Positions 13,862 to 26,363 of a stretch of 64,000 bases of DNA are shown piece by piece. Source of the DNA: Podarcis liolepis (lineage: Eukaryota); assembly GCA_965112155.1 (NCBI GenBank), contig OZ218100.1, one strand, 5' to 3'. Numbering within the stretch: position 1 is the stretch's first letter; every line of letters starts with the position of its first letter. Below the pieces are notes generated by a model. That model was not told the DNA's origin. It did not search any database and saw nothing but the letters and a program-made list of their open reading frames with translations. The position numbers were made by a program, and so were the translations under genes.

Positions 13862-14198
13862 CATACCCTCCAACACTTCTCCAATGAAAATAAAGATGCC
13901 CCATTCCATAACGATAATTTTACTATTTATACCGCACACAACTTATTGGTTTGCCCCAGCCACTCTGGGCAGCTTCCAACACATATAAAACCACAATAAA
14001 ACATTAAGCATTAAAAAAAAAAAAGCTTTCCTATATAGGATTGCCTTCAGACAGCTCAGGGATCAGATAACTCCATATTCTCCAATGAAAATAGGGATGT
14101 CCTAAGCACAAGCAGGACATTCCAGGGTCAAATCAAAACTGGGACGGTTTCGCTTAATCAGGGACGTCCCTGGAAAATAGGGACATTTGGAGGGTCTG
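13862..14198. mobile_element. hAT-like MITE (CATACCCTCCAA family) containing an L2-tail-like segment
   Basis: CATACCCTCCAA...TTGGAGGGTCTG termini, repeated AAAATAGGGAC; homologous to 17539-17724. Confidence 0.65.
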
Positions 14199-14378
14199 CT
14201 ATCACTAGTTATTTGGTGGTCTGCTTGCAGCATTAAAGATGATATCAAACAGTGTCCTGCCCAATGGAGCGAAGTCTAAACAAGAGAGGATTGAGTATAA
14301 AATATCAAATTACTAGAAAACAATGAATAACTAACTACAGAGAATGCTTTATCATTCACGAACAGTTATTGGTTAGAG

Positions 14379-14650
14379 CAGGGGTCCGCAACCTAAGACC
14401 CATGGGCCACAAGCGGCCCATGGGGGTCGTTTAACTGGCCCATGGACCCCCGCCACCTGCTCGGTTGGCTCCCGTGTGCCGCGCTAAACTGGCTCCTGCA
14501 ACCCATGGGAAGCTGCGTAAGCCTCCTCCACGCTGGAAGGAGCACTGGAAATAGCATTTGTGTGTGTGTGCATGCGTGCGCATTCCGGCCCACTGCAGCG
14601 TCTGTGGGACTGTGAACCAGCCCAAGCCAAAATAACTTTGCCGACCCCTG
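14379..14650. mobile_element. hAT MITE
   Basis: TIR CAGGGGTC, perfect 8-bp TSD GGTTAGAG. Confidence 0.88.
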
Positions 14651-16429
14651 GGTTAGAGTGACATCGTCCAATGGGCCCACATGCATCCCTAGACTCAAAT
14701 TATTTAATGAAATGGGCTGTTTTAAAGCCTCACCCAATACATTAGGTTCACAAAAGCCTTGCTTAATCACTCTCATCAATCTTTCACCTACCATATAATT
14801 TTATTTGCTTTCCTTTTGTTAACTTGTCTGTCAGAGTTACTCAACCCTTTCACGGTGATAAAATTTCCACTTCATGTAAGCTTGAGGTAGCTGTAACTGA
14901 AAACTCTTGTCTGGGCCAGCCAAGTAAGGAAGAGGTAATTGAGCTTTCCAAACATTACTGCAGGGAAAATATTAAAAAACATGATATATAGGCTACTCTC
15001 GGAGTCAGCCGCTTCAAACATTTTTTACATAAAACAATCTGCACAGTGATGGCTTCATCATGGAATAATTACATGTGTATTTCCTTAGATGGACATGCTC
15101 TGAAAAGCATGTATACATGCAGCAAAACCGATGTTTGTGTCATGTAGCTGGTATATTACTCTTTGCACAGCTGTTTCCAATTAGGAAATTCGCCATGTCT
15201 ACTGCAGCCCCTTAGGCCGTGCTTATGGTTGAAATAGCTAATACCTGCGTTATCATTGACAGGATATTTCTTTGTAATGTGGCATGCTTGGAGTATGACA
15301 TGCCAATCACACATAACATTGCTGATGGATGCATCTAGCTTCCAGAGAATGAGTGCCCCTAGATTTTGGTCCTGTGTGAGAACACACATTTATAAGCTCT
15401 CATAATAAATATGTGCACAGCTAGGTGTAGATTTGCTGCTTTGGGGCTGCTGTTCTGAGATTCCTTGGAAAGGCAGCTCAAGGACCATTGGACAGACTTG
15501 AGTCTCAGCTTCTGCTGCTGGAAACAGATCTATGATATTGGACAATGAGATATCTGCTGTCATATCCTCGCTTCCTGTTGCCGGCAAAATCTTCTAATGC
15601 CTTGACCCATGTCAGAAATCTGATATTGGTAGTTTAAAAAAAAAGTGGGGGGGGGGATGTTCAGGGCATGCTGAGGGAGGCCTGGCTTGGATCTGGTCCT
15701 TGATATGCCTCCAAACTGGGGGCAGGGACAAGCATGCTTGCTTCCAATTTGAAGGAAAAAATAACATTTAAAAAACAGCCCAGAAATGGATGGAGGTATA
15801 CACTCATGCCCAGCAGGATAAAAGCAAGTGAACTATCTTCAGATTTTACCCAGAATTGAATTTATGTTTGTTTGGAGGTGTGGTCATGCGGTTGCTCCAA
15901 TAGTCCAGCTTGGAGCACAATCTTGGGTAGGGGATGCCATCTACTTGGTCTCCAGAAGTGTGTCTTTGTATGTGTTTAATGCACCTCAGGAGTGTGTGTT
16001 TGGTCAAAGAATTAAGCTACTGGCTGTTTGTCCTCCTTGGGCTGGGGGTGCTCAGCAGAATGTCCAGTGGTGGAGGAAAATAAAATACTCAAGAGATATG
16101 CTATTGCATTCTATCAATCCACATTCTAATTTTAAACCAGTAGCAGTCGGGGTGGGGGATACTTGTTCAGTCCAAACTTTTGAAAACAAGCAAGCCAGTC
16201 TTTTTAAAGAGAACGTCATGCCAACCATCTGTCTGCCAAGCATGTCTGCAAAGCTGGCCATCTGTTTCTTCCTTAAATGTCTCTGGTGTATTTTTAAAGA
16301 ACATGTAAGTCTGCTGTTTCAGCTGATATTGTAGCAACAAACATGGTGATCTGTATTTTGAGGACTTTGGCTGAACCTTTTCTTGCACTGTACATATTAC
16401 ATGCTTGTAGCTTCATCCTGTGCAGGTTT

Positions 16430-16745
16430 ATTTTTATTTTATTTATTTATTTATTTAAACAATGTTTTTATACCTCTTGATTGTAATTACAGCCTGCATG
16501 CGGTTTACAAAAGAATAAACATTAGATTCGTCAATAAAAGACGGTGCTAAAAACAGATATATTTTTTAAAAAATCAAAATATAATTAAAATCAAGAGTTA
16601 GTGAAAAACAGATTGAAATGTGTGTCAGTGTCTGCATATCTGGCTAGGCTTGGCTGAACAAAGATGTTTTTAGCAGGCACCAAGAAGAGTACAGCAAAGG
16701 TGCCTGCTGCCTCATGTCCATAGGGAAGGAGTTCCAAAGTGTTGA
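16430..16745 (-). mobile_element. Degraded L2 3' fragment
   Basis: (TTTA)n tail, GCGGTTTACA, and AGGGAAGGAGTTCCA resembling the L2 ORF2 end. A similar fragment lies at ~41950-42215. Confidence 0.55.
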
Positions 16746-17538
16746 ATGAATTTTGTTTTGCACCTTTAACAGTGCCAGTTCGGCGTTGAGTTTACTGAGA
16801 AGTGATTTCCACTGAGTTCAGTGAAATTTATGCATCTATATATCGTGAAGTGAAGTCAAAACACAGAGTCAAAATTCACAGTAAAAGAAAAAAAAATACT
16901 GAGGCAAACAGGCTTCTTTACAAACACTCTATAAACAACAATAGAAGAGAGCAAAGTAAAAGTAAATAAGGAGCACATTGAGCCCATGTATTTATCCTTC
17001 CTGGCTCCCTGTGACTTCCTGTAATTGAAACAATATTTGTATGAGTCAGAGTGAGTCAAATAGAAGAATGAATCTGCACTTTTCAGCATTTTCCAACACT
17101 TTACTGCTTCTGCTCTCAAAATACCTTTGTCACATGATACTATAGAGATACATTGGGTTGCAATTTAGGTCAAGCTTATGTTAAGGCTCTACCTTAAGCT
17201 TCACCACGCAATTCTTAGATGTTATTAAGAATGCAGATTGCAAAACAAACAAACACACCACTCGGTGTTCAGGGAAGTGAGCAGCATATGCCCAGTGGAT
17301 GTAAGATCCACTGAAATAAATGAGACTTCCATCTGAGTAATCAGATAAAAAGGATGGAATTGCAGAGCTGGGCATCTGGAGCAAGAAATGTCATTGGGAC
17401 AGCTCTCGATGTTTGCTGCCCTAAACCGTCACCCACTCTCCAGTAAGATAAGGCTGCTTGGCTTTAAGTCCACATAAGGCAACAATGGCTTCAAGACCTT
17501 GTTCCTAAACAGATTTTTAACCCCAGCAGCTGAAAGTG

Positions 17539-17724
17539 CATACCCTCCAACATTTACCCAGCAAAAATAGGGACATCCTATTCTATACCCACCCAACATT
17601 TCTCCGATGAAAATAGGAGCGTCCTAAGAGAAAGTGACATATTCCAGGATCAAATCAGAAACCGGAACAGGACTTCCGTAAATCTGGGACTGTCCCTGGA
17701 AAATAGGGACACTTGGAGGGTATG
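17539..17724. mobile_element. hAT-like MITE (CATACCCTCCAA family)
   Basis: Perfect 12-bp TIR CATACCCTCCAA / TTGGAGGGTATG. Confidence 0.75.
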
Positions 17725-17787
17725 AAATTCTAGCTTGTGCAAGCATCCTAGATGAAATAAAAGGAATCAACCTTTCATTCTTCAGAA

Positions 17788-17959
17788 GGGCCATGGCTCA
17801 GTAGTAGAGCATGTGTTTTACATGCATCAGGTCCCAGGTTTGATCTCTGACATCTCCAGGTAAAGCTAGGAGAGACCTCTTTCTGAAACCCTGGAGAGCC
17901 ACTGCTGGTCAGTGTGGACAATGTTCTAACTTGGTATAAAGCTGCTCCCTATGTTCCTA
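17788..17959 (+). mobile_element. tRNA-derived SINE with CR1-like 3' tail
   Basis: GGCTCAGTAGTAGAGC A box, CCAGGTTTGATC B box, ...CCTATGTTCCTA end; homologous to 56504-56694. Confidence 0.75.
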
Positions 17960-18023
17960 CACTGTCTTGTCTGTCATAAAGAATTATTGTTTTAGATCAT
18001 TTGTGAAGTAGACTATATCTGTA

Positions 18024-18265
18024 CAGTGGTACCTCGGGTTACATATGCTTCAGGTTACATACGCTTCAGGTTACAGACTCCGCTAACCCAGAAATAGTAC
18101 CTCGGGTTAAGAACTTTGCTTCAGGATGAGAACAGAAATCATGCAGCAGCGGCGCAGCAGCAGCAGTAGGTCCCATTAGCTAAAGTGGTGTTTCAGGTTA
18201 AGAACAGTTTCAGGTTAAGAACGGACCTCCGGAACGAATTAAGTTCTTAACTCGAGGTACCACTG
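18024..18265 (+). mobile_element. Tc1/mariner MITE, family A
   Basis: TIR CAGTGGTACCTCG, TA on both sides. Confidence 0.9.
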
Positions 18266-20369
18266 TAATGATGTGACTAATTCTGTGAAAGCAGCAGTTC
18301 CTTTGGAATGGTACACATCTGCCCTGTGAAAGTTCTTGTCTGCCTTTGTGCAACACTTCTTCCTTTTCTCTGGTGGTTGCAAACTTGTGGTGATGCCACC
18401 AACCTGCAAATTATGATGATGTGCTGACACCGAGGCTACTCCAGCCCATGTTGACCAGTGTTTAATTGGTATCCTCAAAGCCCATGTCCAATTTATGTGG
18501 CAATGTTTGCTTCTACACTAGAGCCCTTTAACTCTGCAGAGCTATTTTCTTTCCACCATTAGCTGGAAGTGGAATTCAAATGCATGTTTGGTATAGTATT
18601 TAATACAGTGTTATATCATCCAACAACATCAAAGGTTCTTCTATATATTTTATTCTGATCCAAGTCTCATTCAGCAAATTTAGCCTGCAGTATTAATTAC
18701 AAGCTTCATGTTTGTCGATTCAACTTATTTTGTTTGCTTTGACTTCCTTTTTCACACAACCATGAGTATTGGTGAATAATAATAAAAACAATTCTTTTTT
18801 TAACCAGAAGGTACCAGGATGGGTTACTCCAGGTAAATGGGTTAGGACTGCAACCTAAGTCCCACTTTGTTCAGCAGGACTTACTCCTAGGCAACTGTGT
18901 ATTGATTGTAGCCTGATGCAAGAAAAAACCCCATTATTGTGGTTATTTTCTATTTCAAATAAACCTTTTCTTTTAGAACTCATTAGTGACTCCAGAATTA
19001 CATGTATAACAAACATGCTTCCTATATAGAGAAAGCACTCAACTTATATTAATTAATTTTAGGGATAATTTACCAGGCCTTACTTCTTTTGCATTTGAAA
19101 TGCATAGGGACCAGAAGATGGTACAGTAAGATTGACTTGCAAATCAAACATGAACAATTTTGTCTCTCGTATAATAAAAAGAGTGCTCTGTAATCTCATT
19201 TGTGCCTTTGGCAAGTATTGTATATTGTCTATGCTGAGCTTGTTAAAAGATTTCAAATTGGCTTGCAGTGTAAAGAAACTATTTTAGTGGCATGCGAGTG
19301 GCATTGTTGCTTTCTTTTTGATTTATAAGTTTCAAGCTTTTACTGTGACTTGAGCTATAATTACCATTTGTAATTAAACAAGAACAATAATCATGATTAT
19401 TTTACACTCTTTAACACTATGAAAAAAATATCAGTTCAATCCACATTAGATTTTTATTGCATTTTGCCATAATAACAGTACGTTGTAAAATAGATTCTTT
19501 TCCAAAAGTAGAACCAGTTAATGGATGAAAATAAAACTTACTGAAAAATGAACTATTTTTCAAGAAGGCAGACTTTTGACACAATAAGCAGAACAACAAA
19601 AAGTGGAAAATATTTCAAACTTTTATTTTTCTAATTTACATAGTCATATTTCAACAAACATCTCTTCATGCTCATTACGTTTGCTGACTGAATTAATGTT
19701 GTTACTTTCCCTCGTCAAATAATACATAATAAAAGTACATTTTTATTATTTCTAGTTACATAACTTTCCATTTATTCCAGCCCTGATTATAAAACATATA
19801 AATGCAAGCTTAATCCAGGCATGGCTATATGTGCTTGGGAGCATGAGTGTGTGCATGTATATCTCTAACTGTGCAAGGAGCAGTGCATGCAAATGTCTGC
19901 TGCACATATTGTTCTCAACCTTAAAAGGTCCACCTATCACCTGAGATTTCACCCTTGTATCACTAGTCAGATGATCCCCCAAAAGCCTGCTTCAGCTTTT
20001 CAGGGAGCTGAGTGGAGGGGCCGGGAGGTTGGGGTTCATTCCACTCCACATTTCCACTAAACCCAGATTATCCATACTGTCACTGGTAACCTGGATAGTG
20101 TTACACATCTGTCTGCTAGATTTAATGTTGATTCAAGACTCACTTTTAGATTTCTCTCTCATTTCTTTTCAAGATTACTTTCCATTTGTTTGACTACCCA
20201 CCAAACAAAATATAAAATTATTCAATGGTCATCAAACTAGCCCACAGTCCAAGAGACATTCTTGTTTGAAAACAATTCCTACTGATTAGGATCCTGGAAG
20301 CTGTAGACTCTCAAAGTTTTCTAAACATTGTCGATTATCATTATCATCACCACCAGACATTTGAGCATT

Positions 20370-20523
20370 GATTCAGATCATTGGTCCATCTACCTAGTAC
20401 TGTCTACTACACTGATTGGCGGTAGCTCTCCAGGAAATTCCCAGACCTAGCTGAAGATGCCAGGGATTGAACCTGTGACTGTCTACATGTTAAGTGGATA
20501 ATCTACCACTGAGCTATGACCCT
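20370..20523 (-). mobile_element. tRNA-derived SINE (same family as 17788 and 56504)
   Basis: Reverse complement: AGCTCAGTGGTAGA...GGTTCAATCCCTGGCATCT...AGATGGACCAATGA. Confidence 0.7.
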
Positions 20524-21987
20524 TTCCAAGTAGTCCAGTAGGCTAGGATCCATCCAATTGCAGACCATGGAGTCCCTTGCTCAAGATCCAGAGCCTCTGA
20601 CAACACCACAAATGAAACTCTCTTCTAATATTCAGCATTATTACATGGAGTTATCTTTGCAGGGAAACATTTGCCTTGGCCTAAGCCCCCCCCCCCCTAT
20701 TTAATCTGTACATATATAAGCAAGAGAAGGGGAGGCACTGGGTGGGGGACTTAAAAGTATGAAAATTCTTTTCCCTTTTCACAACTTCAGGCAGACACTC
20801 ACAGCAATTCACAAATACAAATTCTTCCAAGGCATCTCTCCTGCTGAATTGTCTCCACCGTGAAGCTAATCTTCTGTCCTTTAACCTTTGTTTTTCATCT
20901 TGGAATTCATCTTCACTCAAGGAACATGTTTTGCATTTCATTGAGAGCTTACTAAATTCCTTTAATAGCTTTCTGTAGGAAACGTTATCAAACCTTTTAT
21001 AAAAAGCTTCATTAATTAGTTAATGTTAATGGAGCACTTCAAAGATTAAAAAGCACTGTATAAATGTTAAACAGTGTTATTATAAAAATGTTCCCTGAAT
21101 TTAATTGCTTCATTTTTAATGCAAGAGAAACTACATGATATGTGCCTAGCCAAATCTTGGTTGTCAAAAAATTGCAGGTTGCCTGAATTTGCTATGTGTT
21201 GTTTCTCCACTAACCCATGCAATGGAATCTACACCTCACCCAATGTCTAATAATTCATATGTTATGGGTATTTCTTAGCCCAATTGTCAAATAGCTTTCC
21301 ATGACCATTGAGCACACAGTCCACACTGAGGTGTTTGTGCAGATCCTTCCATTTGAGTTTTCTTTCCTAAAGAGTTTCAGTACTTCTGAGGGTCCCTCAC
21401 CTTTGCTGAACCTCCATCGTGTACATAAGATGGTGCCAGTAACATTTTTCATAAGCAGTGGAACTCATAGCTTTGAACATCAGAAATAGAGGGAACAATT
21501 ACATTCCTTCCCCATTCAACATTCAGCCATTGGATGGTTCCAATGTTTTATACACATTCTAATAGAGCAACAGATCTAAGAAGAGAATAGTCTTGTCTGC
21601 TGCTGGTGGGAAAGAGAGAAAAGAAGCAAAGTGGTCACCCATTGGAATGGAGATCTACCATTAGGCAGAGTGAATGAATGGGGTAGCATGAATGATGTTT
21701 GAGAATAGGGATACATTAGCGGTCTGTGTATGCATAGTGTGCAAGTAGCCCGTGTGTGAAACAGAAGCAGGAAGGCAACTCTTACAGCAGTGATCAGCTT
21801 GTTGTGTGAGTTGTCTGGGTGTGAATGGGATGTGTGCATTGTGGAAACTGTGTGGGGTAAGGATGAGTAAGTGTTACAAAGGGCATGATCTATCCCTTCA
21901 CAGAGTTGCCTCTGCAAGAGGGTATCTCCATAAAGGCACCACCACAGAGACCTTGCCCTCTCCCCCTAGCTCACTGGCCCTCATGTA

Positions 21988-22213
21988 CAGTGGTACCTTG
22001 GGTTAAGTACTTAATTCGTTCTGGAGGTCCGTTCTTAACCTGAAATTGTTCTTAACCTGAAGCACCACTTTAGCTAATGGGGCCTCCTGCTGCTGCCACG
22101 CCGCCGGAGCACGATTTCTGTTCTCATCCTGAAGCAAAGTTCTTAACCCGAGGTACTATTTCTGGGTTAGTGGAGTCTGTAACCTGAAGCGTATGTAACC
22201 TGAGGTACCACTG
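21988..22213 (-). mobile_element. Tc1/mariner MITE, family A
   Basis: TIR CAGTGGTACCT, TA on both sides, reverse orientation. Confidence 0.9.
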
Positions 22214-24043
22214 TATTATGTTAAATGGTCTGCAAAAGTCATTACATTAAATAGACCATATTATGTCTCTCCTAGAGTACGCAGTTTCCCAGTGCTTGTA
22301 ATGCCAGCAAGTGTTTGTGTGTGTCTAGAACCTTTTAAGGCCTCTGAGGGGTCTTGAGCCTGAAAGTTTGTTTGAGGCCCCATCCTTCATCTTTTCCGTT
22401 AAAGGGGTTGCTTGATAACGCTGATGTGTCCTTTTCTATGCATGAAGCCTATAGCAAATGTCCCCATTAACATCCTCCCATGTGCGCATCGAGGAAAAGT
22501 ATGGGTCCCTCTGTGGACAGGCCTCAAATTCAGAGTTATGGCAGGTGATTTGCAATATGCCAGGCACAACCCGCAACCATCTGAAGGCTAGTGGAGTGGA
22601 GAGGGAAGGGCTCGTAATGTCCTGTAGGGAAGAATCCCCAGTTTGTTTATTATTTGTTTGTTTTATATTTTGCCCTTCCTCCTGATAAAATAATCAAAAC
22701 ACTAAAAAACAATTCCAGTACATGAGTAGATTAGGAAAATCTCTACCGTCACAGAAGAGGAAGGTCTTCTGTAGGCACCAAAAAGACAATGGATATGGCC
22801 CAGCAAAAGTAGCGTGGATTGTGCTGAAGTTTTTTCTGGTTTTTAAAAACATGTCTCTGAGCTTTCATGGGTCTCTGCTTAGTACGTGACAGTTCGCTGG
22901 CTCAGTTGTGATTCCAATTCCACCGTTTTAATTTTAAAACAGAAAAATCAGCACAAGAAAACTCATTAGAGAAAACAAGCAAGGCAATAAATATCACTAT
23001 TAATATTTTATTCTATGCTTCTTCAGAAATGGAAGTTACTTGGCTTGTTGCTTTATTCCTCTTTTTTGCATATGCCATTTTAATTTTACTTCTATATGTA
23101 AAGTTTATTTTTTTTATTTAAAAAAGTAAACAATTAGAGTTTACTTTTGATTACTTTCATTCATTGGGAGGCTCTTTGATATAGCAGAGGTTTCTGTAAA
23201 TGTGGTGGAGGCATTTTTTCCCTCCTACTATTTGTTGCACCACTTCCCAACTCTCAGGAGCAGATATGTGGGGTACATAAGAGTTCTAGGGGAAATTTGC
23301 CAAAATCATTTCTTTTCCCCTTCCACTCACAGAAGCCACCACTGGAGGCTGTGAATGGAATGTCAGCATTGGATATAACCAATTCTTCATAAAACTAAAC
23401 ACTTGGTTGCTTCAGCATCCGTGAATAGCTTTATTTAGGCTATAATCTCAAACACACTTAACCAGAGAGTTAGTTTCAGCGACTATAGCAGAACCTCTGA
23501 GTAAAATGCTTAGGACTGCACTCTACCCTAAATGTGCTTTGGTGCTTCCATTCTTGGTAGAACTTCAGTCTTGCCAGCTGCATTATGCATTCCATCTTCA
23601 ATGCATTTTGAGGATCATGACCTTTATGAAATCCATACGGTTGGTTTGTATGATATAACTTCATTGTTCTCTCTCCAATGAAAATAACAATACAGTGTCA
23701 TATTTTGGCCCCTAGCCAGAATTTTTGAAAGCACCCTTTTGGGAAATCGTGTTGATATATTAACAACTCATGATTTGTTTCCTGTATGAGAGTTTCCTTG
23801 AGCTAAACAAATTATGAGTCCAAGTGAGCTACAGTTGCAAAAGATACCACTTACCTGGTGATGTCATTACCATGACTCAGTCCAATTTCTGCACACATGG
23901 AACTCCTAAGAGAGAGAGGGAGATCTGTGTCCTACTTTTAATAATTTGTAGCTAATATCAACTTTACCTGAGGTCTTGTACACATAAACAATGACTCTAG
24001 TACAATAACAGATAGGTAGCCGTGTTGGTCTGCCAACATCTTC

Positions 24044-25189
24044 ATGGCAGATTTAGAACAACGTTTCCTAAACTCCTACCCACTCAAACCTCTCTTGTAC
24101 CTGCGATACATTGACGATATTTTTATCATCTGGACACATGGTCAACAGACCCTGGACACCTTTCACCAGAAATTTAATGATTTTCACCCCACAATCAACC
24201 TAACAATGAATCAATCTATGCAAGAAATACATTTTTTGGACACTACTATAAAAATACAGGATGGGCACATAGACACTACCTTATACCGTAAACCAACTGA
24301 CCGACAAACATATCTACATGCCTCTAGCTACCATCCCAAACATACCAAACAGTCCATTGTATATAGCCAGGCACTATGTTACAGCCGCATCTGTTCCAAT
24401 TCTACAGACAGAGACTCTCACCTAAGAGATCTACAGCAAACCTTTTTAGAACTAAAATACCCAGCAGATGAAGTTAGACAACAGATCAACAGAGCCAGAC
24501 TGATACCCAGAGAGAACTTGCTGCAAGACAGACCCAAAAAAGAAAATAACAGAACACCTCTAGTCATCACATACAGCTCCCAAGTTAAAACAGTACAACG
24601 CATCATCAGAGATCTACAACCTCTCCTGGACAATGACAGTTCTCTTTCTCAAGCTCTGGGAGGAAGACCTTTCATTGCCTACAGACAGCCACCCAATCTT
24701 AAACAACCCCTAACCCACAATAATACTGCAACCAGACTTAACACGGACACTGGCACCAGAGCCTGCAATAAACCCAGATGCCAACTTTGCTGCCACATAC
24801 ACCCGGACAACATCATTACTGGCCCCAACAACATCACACATACCATCTCGGGACTATTTAATTGCTCATTGTCTAACATTGTGTATGCCATCAAATGCCA
24901 ACAGTGTCTTTCAGCTCTCTATATTGGACAAACAGGCCAAACCTTACGCCAAAGAATAAACGGACATAAATCTGACATCAAGAATCACAAAACAGAGAAA
25001 CCAGTAGGAGAACACTTCAATCTCCCAGGACATTCTATACAAGATCTCAAATTAGCTGTTTTACTACAAAGGAATTTCAGAAATAGACTGGAAAGAGAAG
25101 CTGCTGAATTGCAACTCATTACCAAACTTAAAACCATGGAGAGACCTGGTCTGAACAAAGACATTGGATTCTTATCTCATTATACATGA
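24044..25189 (+). CDS. PLE polyprotein C-terminal fragment: RT palm/thumb, Cys-rich linker, GIY-YIG endonuclease (N-terminally truncated)
   Basis: 381-aa uninterrupted frame with YLRYIDDIF (RT catalytic), FLD, LYRKPT and HP motifs, a C-x4-C-x2-C linker (CNKPRCQLC, typical of the Neptune group), NIVYAIKC..C...LYIGQT (GIY-YIG), the conserved R, REAAE and a terminal GLN. Confidence 0.92.
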   Translation: MADLEQRFLNSYPLKPLLYLRYIDDIFIIWTHGQQTLDTFHQKFNDFHPTINLTMNQSMQEIHFLDTTIKIQDGHIDTTLYRKPTDRQTYLHASSYHPKHTKQSIVYSQALCYSRICSNSTDRDSHLRDLQQTFLELKYPADEVRQQINRARLIPRENLLQDRPKKENNRTPLVITYSSQVKTVQRIIRDLQPLLDNDSSLSQALGGRPFIAYRQPPNLKQPLTHNNTATRLNTDTGTRACNKPRCQLCCHIHPDNIITGPNNITHTISGLFNCSLSNIVYAIKCQQCLSALYIGQTGQTLRQRINGHKSDIKNHKTEKPVGEHFNLPGHSIQDLKLAVLLQRNFRNRLEREAAELQLITKLKTMERPGLNKDIGFLSHYT

Positions 25190-25369
25190 CTAAGCCATTT
25201 TTCACCTTCTCACCCCTTGCCTTTTCCTGTAAGACCGATTGCAGTCGTTAAGAGTCGTCAACAGGCTCATCTCAGCTATCTGCCAATCACCCATTCCCAC
25301 CACCCTTCTGAGTAATACCCCTCCCCACCTTCTCACTATATAGAAGGATCTGGCAACCTCTGTTTCAGT

Positions 25370-25407
25370 GTATCTGAAGAAGTGTGCATGCACACGAAAG
25401 CTCATAC
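25370..25407 (+). ncRNA. Minimal type I hammerhead ribozyme motif in the PLE pLTR
   Basis: GTAT (stem I 5') - CTGAAGA core (25374-25380) - A - GTGTG/CATG/CACAC (stem II) - GAAA - palindromic AGCT in place of stem III - C17 (25403) - ATAC (stem I 3'). Confidence 0.85.
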
Positions 25408-26363
25408 CAAAAACTAACTTAGTTGGTCTTTAAGGTGCTACTGGAAGGATTTTTTTTATTTTGTCTAGTACAATAAGTCTGACATGGTCTAAAAAACAGC
25501 AAAGATATTATCAAACCCTGTATAATCAACTGAGGCAGAAGCAGCCATCTGCATCAGTGGATTGTCAATGGTTTCTGCAATTCTTCACATACTTACTGAA
25601 AAGAAAAGTCCTGTAGGCTTCAATGGGACTTGTACATACGCTCAGGACTGCAGTCAAGGGAAAAAGCCTTTCATTAACTGCAGGCATGGGCTAATCTGTG
25701 CCACCATTCTTATGTGACCACATGACAGATGTTTGTGGGAAGGCAAAAACTTTGAGATAATCAGGATTACGAATTTGTTGTCGTAGGGTTTTCCCCTATG
25801 CAGAAGGAGGAATGACGCCTCCACACGTTTCACTGACGTTACTGTGAAGTGAGCTTTCCTTCCTTTATTTGACCCATGGTGGCAGCAGAGTTACAGCTGA
25901 CTGGAATCCTTTCTCTCCTCCTTGCAGGGTTTTTCAGTGCCTTTTTAGAGCAAGTATGGCAGGCACTGTGGGACATTTCCAAGAACCTCTGTGGATGAAG
26001 CACTATCTGCTTGATCTACTGGTGTTAATGGCAATTTCAGTTGTGGCATTCAGAAAATCGGGTGACATCAGAGGGCTAACCCAGTGCTACTGTCCGGGAT
26101 AAATCTCCCTCAGATCAGATCAGATTGGCTAGCTTGTTAATGGAGGGATGTCATCAGATTTTTCTCTTTGGGGCACAGAATGACTGGCCTTTTGTCCTGA
26201 CTCTTTCATGTCAGATTTCCGCCTGACTACTGCTTGCCTATCCACTCAAGATATATTTTTTTCACTTCGGGGCTTGAATACCTGACAAAAGCAGTAGGTG
26301 GGTCATGATCATGCCACCATGATCCTAAATGCCAGTTTTTCCACAGCAACAGCTTGTCATACC

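Larger units (their letters stand above)
24009..25463 (+). mobile_element. Penelope-like retroelement (Neptune-type), 5'-truncated, with short inverted pLTR piece at the 5' end and a 3' pLTR
   Basis: Perfect 13-bp TSD TCTAGTACAATAA (23996-24008 / 25464-25476); RT + GIY-YIG ORF inside; first ~26 nt (CAGATAGGTAGCCGTGTTGGTCTGCC) are an inverted piece of the terminal-repeat tail, also seen at 53638-53663. Confidence 0.95.

Noticed and set aside
15828-16334. 168-aa ORF and the many other 60-135 aa ORFs in the track
   Set aside because: No motifs, frequent non-ATG starts, and no consistent exon chain; treated as random open frames.
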